Part shown: piece by piece, positions 12,901 to 26,800 of the stretch
Position numbering within the stretch: the first letter of the stretch is position 1
Layout: every line of letters begins with the position of its first letter
Assembly: GCA_040954595.2 (NCBI GenBank)
Contig: CM082580.2
Location: forward strand, 11,298,909-11,362,908
DNA length: 64,000 nt
Reading direction: 5' to 3'
From: Balanoglossus misakiensis
Lineage: Eukaryota; Animalia; Hemichordata
Notes under the pieces: model-generated
Database searches by the model: none
Told to the model about the DNA's origin: nothing
What the model saw: the letters and a program-made list of their open reading frames with translations, nothing else
Program-made: the position numbers and the translations under genes

Positions 12901-15900
12901 AACTTCGACACGATGCAAGCAGACCAGTTCTTTTACCCTTCCCGATACGACTGCTTTGCGGACTTTTTCTTAAATTTCGCCAATCTCTATAGGTGTTTGC
13001 TGTATCTGTCTTTCAAGTGTTTTGTTTTCCAGCGTAAATGATTGATTAATCAAATCGCGCCAATCAATCAGATAATTTCGCGTGCACAGGGGGCAATAGA
13101 AGACCCGTATAGCCACACAGCCGATAAACCCAGCTGTTTCGTCGAACCGGGGCGTTTGATGTACGATTCGTATGTTTCTCGATTGGCCACAACAGTCTTT
13201 GGCGTGTGTATCGGTATTCCATCTCCGTGTACAATCGCCGACCTTTGACCCGACACCACTGGCGCAGTCACGGGACGGTAATCCTCATTAGTCGGATCAT
13301 CTGCGCACCGACGCAATTGGCTACTTTAGATTAAAATTTGTCCATTGACGTCATCACATTTTTTCGACACCTGTTGATGCTTGATTTCCGCCTAAATATA
13401 TTTTTGGATCGTTTTTGTGGCGTCGATGCGAGGAAAAGATAGCGCTAAAAATAAACGCCGTCCAAAATAAAGGCACGCCTATAACGGTTCTATATTTAAA
13501 TACAGGTTAAGTAGTAATGTTAAGTTATGAGCTCTTGCGATTTGGGAAAATGAGATATAGATAGATTGTTGAACCGCAACCCTGGGATACGACGCAATGC
13601 AACGTCCGCGGTGAATACAACTAATTAAAGACGAACCATTTGTTGTACCATCTACCGCGCACATTTTCTGACTATTGCAATTTTCTCAGTACCCGGTCCT
13701 GTAGAGGGGTGCCCAATGTCCCGGTCGATTAAGTCTTACATAGTTTGCAGTTGGACTTGAAATGTCTGTTTTCGGACAGGTGTCTCGATTTCAAAGGTTT
13801 ACACTGCACGGCAGACATAATCTACTGTCCACGATTACAGAGTATTGATAACAGATAATGGTTTTAAAATGGCATTTCAAAATAATGTACGCGATACTCA
13901 TAATTGGATTGGTGTTGTTTTTATCTGAAGTTAATGATGGAAAGTCGGGCTATGACATGTGCTTTTCACCAAAAATACGCTTTACTTTAATTTTGAAATT
14001 TACCACGGCAGGATCTTCAGACTGACCGAAGGTGTTTTGTCACGGTACCAAGACTCTAGAACTGGACCACACCTTTTTGTTCGTGAAGTTGCTCAAATCA
14101 ATAGCGAAAATCACACCAGTAGAATGACGTTTATATGGGTAGAAAATTATTTGTTTTCGGCCTCAGCCGACAGGTACAGAAGATTGACCCCGTGAACTGT
14201 TGTTGAGAAGTTTCGTGAAATATTAATGCATCTTCCCGCCAAAATGGTGCTAGTCGCGTGACCCTCTATTGAAAAATGGATTACAAAGCAATTATGGTTG
14301 TAAAGTGACTTTGGAAACGGTGCTCGCCAAAGTTTTTAAATCAACAAACGTGATGATAGGTACTTCATAAAATGATTCCGTCTGTGTCTCTGTTTGCCAT
14401 CGCAGAAATGTTTGAAGTCACGAGAGAATTATTGCCGCAATATCTGTAAGTAATTGACTAATGACCGAATGATGAACTCAGACCAATTATCAGACGGAGT
14501 CTTTCGTTTGAGAGCGAACGAAATCGCCGCTCGGTCACTTTGATACCAGAGCCAACAATCGTCCAAATCAAACTTAACTTGACGTACAAGGTTTTCGAAC
14601 AAGTAACTTACATGGGTATAGTGTCGAACGCCGCATATTGATAAGTGATTTAAGGTGTTTGATGGCTGACAGGACAAACCAATTTTTGCCTCAGCGAGTG
14701 AAGAGATTTATGCGAGTATGTGTCGTTATCATGACAGACCAGTAGTTTATCACCAGGGGTCATCGCTTTATCCTGCTGGCTTTGCAGAAAACAAGACCGG
14801 TGACGCTGCCTCTTCAAACAAAATCAGTGCCTAGTCACTTATCGCGGCAGGGCCAGGGTGGTTATCGCCCCGGTGAATGGCGATTGTACAAACAGCTATA
14901 CGATGAAGGCGTATAGTGACAGGGACGGTCGGTGTAGATTCGGCCAACAGCGAGACAGACACCGCGGCACCCCGATATCGTAACCTTGCCCTTGGGTTGG
15001 ATTATTTCGATCGATGGATGAGTCTCCCCCCCCTCCCCACCTGGTGTCGTCATACCTTTCGAAACTGCCATGTCGATTGGCTCACTCACTCTAAAGACGA
15101 AACAGATGTCTTTTTTCGCAAACTTAATATGTTTTCATTGGTGCGTTTATGGTTACATTGCTGTTGGTCGACTCTGCGAAGACCTGGCCATCGTTTGTTA
15201 CCACGTGACCCCCCCCTCGATATTTTTCTCTCCATTGTTTACGGTTGATAGGGTTATATTTATTTCATTGTCAAAACGCACCTGCCCGTAGTGAAAATAG
15301 TGTGAGCGTCAAGCCAGATTTTAATCTATTTCTTGTGTTCACATTCAGGCCGAACTCTTCAATGTGACAAATCATCATCATTGAATTGAGTTGTTATAAA
15401 ACATTCTGACAGCCAAGACAACGTACCTTGAAAGTCATATAAACTAAGTTGTCAAATCTATCTTGTTTTCTCCTTTTGGAGTTCATTAAATCTGAGGCTA
15501 AAACACATGTGATCCAACGGAGCGTGTAGCTCCCCCAAACTACCTCTCTTGGCCAACTCGCCCTCAAAACGGGTAGCAATTGCTAGAAACGGACGGTGAT
15601 AGATGCCAAATATCTGGACTGAACTGCGAAATGTAGTGCGATGTTTGCACGATCCAACCGCAGGACAGGCTGTAAAAGGTGCAAGGAGTATGTGATATGA
15701 TGCAAATAATCATCTCAGGGTGGTAATTAACCTGCCGAGTACGCAGGTATACAATGTACATTTGCCGAGTCTCCTGTGCTTCTGTGGCGATGATAAACGC
15801 CAAATCGTTTCTGCTGCGATGCTGGTTTTTGCGACGAGCCTATTAAAGTTATGGCTATAGGTTTGCTAGATTTGTATCATCCCGTTTGCAAAAAAAAAGC

Positions 15901-16453
15901 GTGGGCGTGTTCTTTGCCCAGTTAGGCTGCCGACTTGTGTAGAAGAACGCACGGTGTCAAAATTTGCCGTCTGGTGTCAGCAGGTTATTAACTCGGCGTT
16001 TTTTTAAACAGCTGGTAGCGTACAGTAGTAAGTTATTTTAAAGACGTCATAAACCGGACCGTTTAGCCGTGCTCGCTATTGTCCAACGTGACAAAGACAA
16101 AGAAACAATTTCGGAAGTCTAGACCAACTATCGCGGGGTGAATTGGTGTTTTGAGAAAACGTGGTTACTTTTTTTTACAAGCCCAGTAAAACTTGACAGC
16201 ACGTGACGAGATAAATCGGAATGGAAGCTTGGTACATGTACTCACTTTGCAGAGAAGGCACATCTGGTGGCCATGGTGACGAACGCGCTTCTTGCTATCT
16301 TGTGGCGAATAAAGCAAATTTTCAACTTTTGGTGAAACTAAGAACACAAGGGTTGAGTGGGTGGGGGGATTGGCTGTTTTATTCCCGGTGTGTATAACCA
16401 GTCCCTCACCAAAGGACTCTTTGGGACACAGGGAAGCACAATTACTTCGATCG

Positions 16454-16540
<87 letters not shown>
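16454..16540. repeat. (ATCA)n microsatellite, about 22 perfect copies
   Basis: Uninterrupted atcaatcaatca run of 87 nt. It explains the SINQSINQ ORFs in the track. Confidence 0.97.
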
Positions 16541-16541
<1 letters not shown>

Positions 16542-17674
16542 TTGTACACCATATATGAAATGCAAATATCGACCAATTCTGTTATTCTGAAGAATGCTGG
16601 TCGCGTGAGGCAAGGGAATCTCTAGGGACCATGTTTGAATTATTCCGGAACTCCGGTGACTTTCCCAGAAAATGTGTACACCCCGTATACTACACGTTTA
16701 CGTGAAGCAGGCGTCATGGACTCGTGGCGTTGCACTCGGTTTTAAGATTCTACGCTGTCCACGAGAAGTGCCGTCAACTTTGAGAGTGCGCGCGCCAACT
16801 GTCAAATATGAAGTGTTTGAGTCTCCTTCGCCTGCGTGTGTGTGTGTCCACTCTGGCACCCATCTAGAGGGGGGATAATGTTACTTGGGCACACATGTTT
16901 GCCGTTTGACAAAGCTCTTTTTTCCGGATCCTTGTTTTATTGTGACGGCTTGACTGGATTGAAGTCTCCAAATCGTTTTCTACTGTAAAACCGGGAGAGG
17001 TATAGTCGATGGGACTTCACAAAAAACACTGACAGGGGCGAACTGCCGACAATGACCAATGTATACACGCCTGATGAGCGGTTTTGCCACAGTCGTCTTC
17101 GCGCTTCGGCAGTGTTAGCGAACGCAGGCAGCTGCAGGGAGCAGTTGACTGTGTATACCCGTCCAGCTTTATTTAATGAAAACTTCAGAATGATCTCACC
17201 CACATAAAGGCGAAATCGTTCCTTTATTGTACCGCTGAGAAAGCCGTATTAAAACGGCAGAAAAGGGGGCTCCGGCTAGCCTGCGGGCCAGCCGACTCTC
17301 TCTCTCCCTCTCTCTCTCTTTTTCAGCATATCGCATGTGTTCCGCAAGCATCACCGACGCGGGCTACGGTCTTTCTTCAGCCGCTAGGTATATACGTATT
17401 TTCCCCGCAGTTTTTCCATGCATTGTCGGCCGTGTTGTTCCTCCCGCAGTCGGTCCATTCATGGTCTCATCACGCTCCTATAATCAAGGAGGCGGGGTTG
17501 ACTGTGGGAGGTTGACACTCGGACGTACACCCTTGAATTCAGTAGACCCACTTATGTTTAATGGTACCTGGACGTCATTTTAACTTCTCACACGTGGTGG
17601 TGATGGCTCTCATAATATCATGTTCACAAACACGTGCGTTTCGCAGTGAGGTGGTCCCAGCTACAAAGGATAAA

Positions 17675-17802
17675 TTATCGTCGTCATTATCATTATCATC
17701 ATCATCATCGTCATCGTCGTCATCACCATCACCATCGCCGCAAAATATTACGTGTGGAACTTGTACGCGATGGCAACTGCTGCAATATTATTATTATTAT
17801 TA
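17675..17802. repeat. Compound trinucleotide repeats: (TCA/TCG/CCA)n then (ATT)n
   Basis: tcgtcgtcattatcattatcatcatcatcatcg... to about 17740, then attattattatt at about 17785-17802. It explains the poly-Ser, poly-His and poly-Tyr ORFs. Confidence 0.85.
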
Positions 17803-20800
17803 TATACACGTTGTCATCATATGTGTGTGTATTTATCCAGCATTGGTTTGTGGTGTGTAGCATATGCTTGCGCGTCCCGAACTCCTGAATCTCGAGTGCA
17901 TAAATGCATTAAGAAGAAATTGATGCCTCTGTAGAGAGTATTCCGTTTCAGCGAAAAAACGCTTATCCCTCCCTCCTTCAACAAGCTTTCTTTAATGCAT
18001 GTGCGATTTTTGGAAATTACAACATTACTGTAGAATTAGCATTATTCTAGCCTGATTGGAAAGAATTAGAACCCCCTTTAGCCAACGCTTGCGCATCGCA
18101 AGAATATTTTCTCACTCACAACACGTTTTGTTTCTCGCGGGTTTTCTTATTACCTCGGCAGTACAGTCGAGTGAAATTTGGAATTTTTGCCTCCCTCGTG
18201 TCTTTCAAAATGAAAATTCGATTTAATTTTTCCTACTTCACCACGAGACAACAGAAAACAGGCTTTATCCAATAAACGCACCGTACGTCTACATTGTTCA
18301 CAAAGTTGTCATGATTTCCAAAGAAGGGGAGATATATCAACTCCGATCGACCACGTTAATTGTTTTCGCCTGGGGAGCAAACTGCGGGAATCATAATGTG
18401 GGGCGACCTTGTTGTTCAAGAGCCGGCCGCAGCCTCACCTCTACACAGGCACTAATCGACTAACTCGTGCCGATGGGCAAGACGGGGTGGTTTGCCACGG
18501 CCGATAAAAAGAGTCGACATTTCCCCGCTCTTTTCTTAGAGCCGATAGATTAGTGGGATTAGCAGTCGCAGAACTTTGATAAGAATCTCCTATGATAAAA
18601 TTCTCACCGAATGGGGGAGAACTGGTCTTCCAACCTGGGGCGAACATCGACGCGACGGGGGAAAATAGAGAGGCAATGTATTCATTGGTGTAGTGGAACA
18701 CGCTTCATGGACATGTTTATTAGCTTGTACCTTTGAGCTTCATCAGTTGCCGCATGCGCGCTTGTCGCCACGAGCACCTGTTCCTGTGGCATGGTGTCGT
18801 TCAAGAATTTCACTTCGCTGGGCGCTTTTATTTTCTGTGAGGTGCAACCTGACTTCGATAAGTGTCACGTCACGAAAATATGAGTAGTTACACACGACTT
18901 TCTGTTGGATTCTCCCCGTCACAATTCCGTAGAAAGACGATGACTTTTATATAATTTCTAGCAGCAAACGAAATCAATACATGTTTAAGCGAAGAGACGT
19001 CATGCATAAATTACATCAGCTCCGCACACACGAAAGGCACACGACACATCTAGAAAATATAAAACTGATATGCAATATTGCTGGTTGGCCTACCTCCCAG
19101 CATGTCTGTGTTCATCTGATCACCCCCACCCAATTAAACCGATTTCATTGCCCATTCATTGTCATGCTTCGGTATAATCATGATTTCCTGCAAGATAAAA
19201 GCCACCCTGTTACCGCAGAGTCTGGGCTCGGTTCTAACCCCCCCCCCCTCCTTTGATAACTGGTGAGGTTGCGTTGACAATGGCTCGGACAAAGAAAGAG
19301 ATGGCGATGCGAATTTTCTCTGAAATGTGGAGAACGGATCTAAATATTCCAGTGAGGTGAACGGCAAACACTACTAACACTTCGACGGTAAGCACAATCC
19401 AGTCTGCACGCATGCTGAGAAGTTCGATTTGTTCGCACTAACTTGGTAAACTTTTCATCGCATTCGCATTATTTGAAGCAGCCCACAAGTTGCTAGTATT
19501 TTAGAGACTGGTCGAAAAAAGTGCGATGGCAGATTTTTTTAAAAGGAAAACGTGATCAGATCGGTTTGAATGGAATTAAAAGCTGAATAGCTTGGAAAGA
19601 TGCCGTATTAATGTGAGCTATCCCCTGCCCATATCGAGGGTGTAAATTCTATGAAGCCTTCGTTTTGTAGTACCGAACACAAACATGCGTAGGCGGCCGA
19701 ATGTCAATTGAGAACGGAGTGAAAAAAAAGACAAGGAAAAATCTCAAAATTGCACCGAAAATAATCTCCAGGTCTCTTTGTTGGGAAAAAAAGAACCGAA
19801 TGGAGACATTTGTGAAACAAGTCGCTTAGTTTTTACTGGTCTGCACCGTTATTGGTCTCTGCGTTTCTGCGTGCTTACATTGTTTGAGGAAAGACCACGA
19901 CAAGATGTGACACGTGTGGACGACGTTTATGATAAACTTATCCCACTCACAGACGGTTTTACATTATTTGCATTGTCATGAGCCATGAAAACGAAGGCCA
20001 CCGATATATAGCGATATATTTGGCCGGGACACACACACAAAAACACGTTTTCATAACCCTTGTAACTGAGCGCGCGCGCTGTCCGTTGCGACGCCGAGCA
20101 ACGCGACGACATTAACGAGATTCCGTTATCCGATGCCCGATCTTTCTTTTTGGTGAAGATTTTTTACGAAACTTTAAACGACTACACCGATTGTCAAATG
20201 TTGTAGCTATAAATGCATAGTGCCCGAAATCATTTGTTTGGCTGTTTTCTATTCTTGAAAAAAAATAGTTCTTGATTGCATGGTATTGTTTGCTTAGTTC
20301 TCATTGTAAAGTTAACGTTTGTATTCATGGTGGTAAGCCTAGGGAGTAGGCGGTGATATTATTAATAAGTTTCCATGCAATTTAAAGAAGACTCTTACCC
20401 TAAGTTATCACGGGGCTTTCGTACATAATACGAGGGGCAAGGCGCCCGGTTCGTTCTGAAGGCCAAATAACGTACACGTAATCCCGCAACAGTCTCAAAC
20501 AGTTTCTCCTATATCTGATCTTCCCCCACAAAGTCCCTATTCGACTTCCATCCCAAGAATTCCCATAAAAAGTTGCCTGTCGCAGCTAGCCATCCTAGAA
20601 CCCAAATAGCACCTGTACATTCAAATTAAAATTCGAGCCCCAATCTTTACAGCAGACGCCTTGCACGTGCCTCTGCGAATATCCCCACCGAAGTCGTCCA
20701 CGAACGAGATAAAACAGCTTCTGTATACATGTGTTTTAAAGTGACGTATCAGAAACAGCTCATGAATTCCCTATACACCTGTACAGGACAAGACACCAAT

Positions 20801-23800
20801 AAGAAGACTTCCTGAAAGACTACTAGGGACGGAGACACTTGCAGACGGTGGATATAGTTGACGTCCACGAATTCGGTCATCAACAGGTGTAATCCATGTT
20901 TGAATGGACAGGGATTTTACTCCCACGCAAACATGTTTTGCCATTCCTGGGTGTTTTTCCATGCTTCCCTGTTTTCCACGATACGTCCGGACCTACCCGG
21001 TTGCGCAAGAATGTTTGACTGGTCGCGCAAGAAGAATAATGCCCTCTTTTTATAAAAAGTCCAGGGGTGATTTACCCCCGCGAAGGTAAAGCACAACTAC
21101 ATGAAAATACCGACTGAAGTACAAGCGAAAACATGTCCCCCGATGAATGGGCGAACACGGGGAATTACAACAAATCGTTTAATCATGAAGTCAGTGGATT
21201 TCCGTTTGCTGGTGTCTTTGTCGCTCATTATTTCCGCCGAGTACAAGCGACATTCCACCAAAAAAAGTGCCGTAATCGCCGCCTTCCTAATTACCGAAAT
21301 CACACCGGATTGGAATCCCGCCAATAATGGGGAACAAACTCCGACATTCCATCGCTTCTTCCCACGCAGCGAGGGAAAAAAATCGCGGTGTTTATTTCGC
21401 TCGTCGGCTGGAAATAACCACGGCAGGATATTATCCGTCTGACGGTCAATCCTAAGCCGTGCCGATTTCTATGGATGTGTCAGATCTGTTAAAACAAAAA
21501 TTATAAAGTGACCATGTTGATTATAATAGCTTCGACTTTCAAAGGGACCACGCCGACTTTGATTCACAACAACCCACGGATAACACAAAACAAACTGATC
21601 TCTAACAGAATGAATAGGTTTTTTTGTAGAAAGAGACGGTTCTCAACCAACATCAACAGGGTGCCACCGTGAACAATAGATAACGTGGGATGGTGCTAAG
21701 AAATCACGGACTATGGTCTACAATGCACGGGTATTTTGTTGTCCTTTCGCCGGCAAAAACAACTGACGAAGCAGTGGGGAGGGGGGGGGGGACTTCAGAG
21801 TTCTACCGCGATATCTTGCGTCCCGTTTCTTTCGAAACCGAAACCACTAAAGAGATGTCATGTCTGTTGTTCATCGGGGGCGTGAAATAATTTCATGAAA
21901 ACGGGCCGGTGAGAATTTAAACAACATGATTTCATCACCGGTGAAATGTGGAGATTGTGGAATGCCTCTTTGATTTCTCCGTGGCTTTGGACTCGTGGAG
22001 TCTACGTTTGTTCCCCTGCGACCGACACGTTCTTGCAAAAGAATGCGGGAGAGAAAACGCGGACGGCGGTCAAGGACCAATTAACCGACCTGAGGAGATA
22101 AACTCATAAGGAGCGTAACACCTTCCACGTGAAAGAGCTGGCAGTCTTATTTGTCATGCAGTCTTGTAGCGCTGATTGCTGACTTTTGTAGAGATCAATT
22201 AAACAATGAAAGTGGGGAATTAATTTTACAGTACCCGGGAGACCGGGGCCTATACAAACGGTAAATTAGCAATCGCCCATATTCATTTACGGCAATAAGC
22301 GACTGGCCCACCCCAGTGCCATAAAAGTCTCATCAGCTCATTATTGGGGCTGGCTACTTTTTGTGGTATCTCTTTAAAACTGCTAACAGGACCGTTTCGG
22401 CTGTGATAGTACGATGGGAAGGGGATGTGAAAAAGCAAAGGAGGCAAAAATGGCCGTTCACGTCATTCTGACGGACATACCACGAGATAGAACATGCGAG
22501 TCCGCCAGACAGGTCATGTCGACGGGCGAAGTCGCGGACGGAACCAACGATTACTTGCTGGGGGGGGGGGGAGACCCGGCCTCGCCAAGGTGGCGTCAGC
22601 GGAAGAAAGGGGAACGGCACTTGAGTATGCATTTGAAAACATGTTGTTGGGCAAAGAAAATTGGCGTGTAAGCTACAATAAGAGCACTTGTTTGAGGTGC
22701 GGTCTTGTAGCGGCATTGTCCGGGTGCTCTCGCAGATTACCTAGGAGAAAGATGCGACCCCTAGAAAAAAAATTGAAAGAGAAAAAAAGGGGGAGAAAAG
22801 ATAGTAATGATTATAAGCAGATTGGCTCAAGGTGGTTAGTATAATAGACCGTGTCTTGTTTTCAGCGACGCAGACTTTTGTTGACAAGATTACGGTATTC
22901 ACAGCGCGAATTTGCAGGCATGAATCAATGTAATTACTGATTTAAGGTCGGATTATGCAGCGTAAACCCCCACGTGTAACAAGCAAACTCGCCCTCGGGG
23001 CGCATTTGCCATGCAGATCTCTCAATAAAGGCGCACAGCATGAGAACACAGCGAACGCCCCGTTTGTTTGCTAAAGAAACAAGCCAAGTGTAAGCGAAAC
23101 CCAAACTTTGTCCAGCAAGTGTGCAAACAGTGTCCCGCTAGGAAAAAAAACACACGAAAACGTGAGCGCTTCTGGTCTTGCCAGAATTCCGCACCCAGTA
23201 AAGACCAGTTGAGACTCACTTAACGCATTTACGCCGAATGATTACCACCACTCTTCCAATTATGTCATTGTGGGCGATTCGACACTTCAATGTAACCGGT
23301 ACTTGAGAATGTAGGCCCTATTTAATTAAAGAGAAAAGATCCACAAGTCGGGACAAATTGAAGGATAATTAAAGAGACGGGTGATAAGTGTCGAAGCGAA
23401 GGCAACTTTTTGGAGTCAGGTGGCCTAAACTTTACCGAGGCGCATTTCTGTTGACATTTTTTGTTGAGTTTGTAATAGCAGTCCCCCGAAAAGCCATCAG
23501 TGGCGAAAATGAAAGAAGCCGGATGGTCATAGTCTCCAGACCAAATCACCTAATGGAAACTCATTGCAGAGTTTCTGTCAGTGAGTTTGCTGAAGCATTG
23601 AGAATCGATCATCAACAGGTGTGATTGTTAAAATAATATGGTAAATAGCATTCTGAACTCGTCCATCCATCTTTTCTGATTTGCCAACGGCTTTTATACA
23701 CAATCCCGTAGGGAGGGCATACTATTTTCACTGAATCTGCAAAAATGTTAAGAAATGACATATTGTGACGTTTTGCAACGTGACACTAACGGGGAGATCC

Positions 23801-26800
23801 TCGCGTGTTTGCATTCCAAGCGCATTTCGGGTTTTTATGTGATGGAATGTTGCAATGGGAAGGTGGAGGACAACAACATGTCCTCGCCTTGCTTTTCACG
23901 AAAGTGGACAAACACCGAGGGAAAAAATGCCCACGGGTCACGGCGCCATACAAGAGCGTTGGTATTTCACAGTGATGCGGCAACAAAGAGGGTGGATAAA
24001 GGGGGGAGGAGGTGAAGCCGTCCGGCGTACCCTCCTTTCAACTTTTGTATTCACTCACGGCGCTGTGAGAGGACAATGACCACGGGGGTCCGAGTGGATT
24101 CTTGGCGTTTTTGCGGTTTTCCACGAATGCCAGCCACTGAATGAAAGACTCCTCGTGGAGTAAATCTCTTGGAAAGAGATGGTGTAAACAACCTGGTTAA
24201 ATTGGGATGAGGGACACGTGAAAAAGAAATAGAACCTGTTCTCCGTCAAAATTCACGTTATTGATTTTTGTCGGCGCGCGTGCGCGGCAAATTAACCAGG
24301 TTGTCATTTTATAGAGTCACTGTTAAATAACAGGACAAATCATTCAATTCTTGGCCGAAATGTACCTGTGTTTTTGGTACAAGAAAACCCGATTCAACAA
24401 AACCTTTCAGAGATGTGCGATACAGAAATCACACACAAAATCCACTCAATGACAATGGAAAATCGTTGCACATTTGTGAACGTCTTCCTGGAAATATTGA
24501 TCTTCAAAAGGTAAAATCTTTCAAAATACCCGCAATTGCACAGTTTTGGGGGAATATTTGAAATACTTGTGCTTTTGTGGAATAAGCAACTGTTATTAGG
24601 ACAAAATTGCGCCTGGCGGATTTGCATGCAAAATCGCATTTCAAGTTATAAACGAAGACCCGCCCTCCCACACTACACCAGACAATCGATCGCACCCAGG
24701 GTCCCGAAAATTCCTGCATTTGAATCTTACTAAACATTTCGGTCTCGATATTTCGATTCCCCAAAGAGCATATCTGTCGCAGGTGAAAAAATGGCTTACA
24801 ACCCTTACTTCATAAGTCACCAAGCCTTCCAACGTAATTTGCACGTTTGCGCGTACCTCTCTGCATACGATGGCATCTTCCTTCAGCGTTTGAACAATTG
24901 CTTTTTGTTAGTAATGTCGGCCATTGTTGTCTGTCATTAAGGTACATGCACGGGGATTTGTCAGTGGCGGTTCTTGCAGACGCCGAGGGTGAATCTGAAT
25001 CAAGGACCGGGTACGCTATGATATCATGACGTCAACGATACTGTCAACATGACGATTATCGAATAAAGGACAATGTGCTGATAAAGATGTTATTCAAAAT
25101 TCTGTGTACATTCAGCTATGAACACGTGTATTTTTCATGGCCATCTTGAAATATATCTCTGTACAAATCCCATTCTCTCGCCCATGTTTGATATCTCGCT
25201 CAGTCTTGCACAGTAGACATATCGATGACCTGCTCGAAAATAAACATAATATTGTTCCGAGGTCTGTAACGATAGCTTTTGTTATCACCATGCCAAATAC
25301 TAGTATGACTCGCTGTAGATCGACTGTTTTCCTATGAAAATTGCTGGATCCCGGTGCCAGTTTGCACTTAAAAGCGCTAAACGATTCAATCCAACCCAGT
25401 GAAGTCTGCGCGCCACTGCACGAGAAGTTAACGCGGCTGTGCGCGCGCCATCCACCACCGTTCTCTCTCTCAGCTCCCTAATCGCCATTTTGAAGGAATC
25501 GGGGTCTGTATGTCGGATTTAGTGTTAGTGGAGAATGATTGTTTTGTGTTGTTCCTATTCCGTATTTGCTCTCATACAATTATTATTATCATGGCAGTTA
25601 AGCATTGCTGTACACTGAATTATAACAATGCGATTGCATTTATCATTTGAACACCTGATCACTAGAAACCTGAGATATTTGCTTTGTTTTCAACTTGGGG
25701 TACAGCAGCGTAACCTGTAGCTCGGTACAATCTCGGGGTTTATTTCGCTCTCCAGATGGCCACCCCAGCGGTGCCCGACACGTTAGTCTGGCGAGGTGTT
25801 GGCCACGACGTGTGGCGAACGCGGCGGGGTTGCTTCGACCGGTGCTGCGAGCGACTGGTGACGAGATATGAAACCCGGCAAGACCCCAATGTCGGTATCG
25901 GTGAGTATCGCGTGCGTGCAATAACGGGGTGTCTAACAGGAGAAAGCCAGTCGATACGCGCACACACGTCTAAACAATGCGACTGAAAACAGTTACCGCA
26001 ATCTGTGGATGGGAAAAATTGCTGAACAGAACAGACGATCGACCAATTTATACCGATCGAATAACGGAGTCCAGTTAAAACTAGACAGAAGGTCGACTTC
26101 GACCGTTTTGTCTTCTTTTTTTACACTCTACTCTGTCTTGGTCAAGATGGGTCACTCACACTCGTCGATCAGCTGATTTGCGACCATCAGCAAGAATATG
26201 ACACCCCAACACTTTCCAAATCAACCCCAACACTTTCCACCGACAACTTTTACCGAGAATCCATTTCAAAAACTCTGGGCATAAGCAGACCAGAGCCAGC
26301 CAGGAAAAGAGAGTACGAACGGCGGGCGAATTGGAACCGGCATTTATCTGCAGATTCGATCGCTCGCAGACTTGAACAGGTACAAACCACTTCAGTCTCT
26401 TCGCTCACTAGCAAACACTCGAGGCCGCTGAAGAGAGATCGCCGCCAAACACTCCGCCTTTTTATGGCCAAAGCCAAGTGCTCTGTTCCATTGACGCGGA
26501 GATTGAACCGTGACACTAGAGTCGCTTCGTTTATAGACAGCAGTGACAAGAAGATCAGACAATCTCGGTCTTCAAGCTCTATTGGTGTGTTTTTTCTTGT
26601 TGCTGACGACGCTTTCGTTTTGTGCGGAGAGATTTCCATGGCTCCGGCAAACACGTCATCTTTGACACGCGGATTTCTGACGACAAGGAACTTCCAATAT
26701 CAAAAAACATTAGTAAGACGCGTCACTTGTTTTCTAGCTGCTAGGGTAAACTAATTACAAGATGAACCAGGAACATCTCCCCTCTTCATCACTTCCATTT

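Noticed and set aside
13770-13810. ggacaggtgtc...aggtttacactgca resembling the right end of a Tc1/pogo MITE
   Set aside because: No matching left terminus found.
16357-17934. ORFs with SINQ, poly-Ser, poly-His and poly-Tyr runs
   Set aside because: Translations of microsatellites.
24353-24745. Possible terminal inverted repeat ggccgaaatgt / acatttcggtc
   Set aside because: Only 10 of 11 nt match and no target-site duplication is evident.
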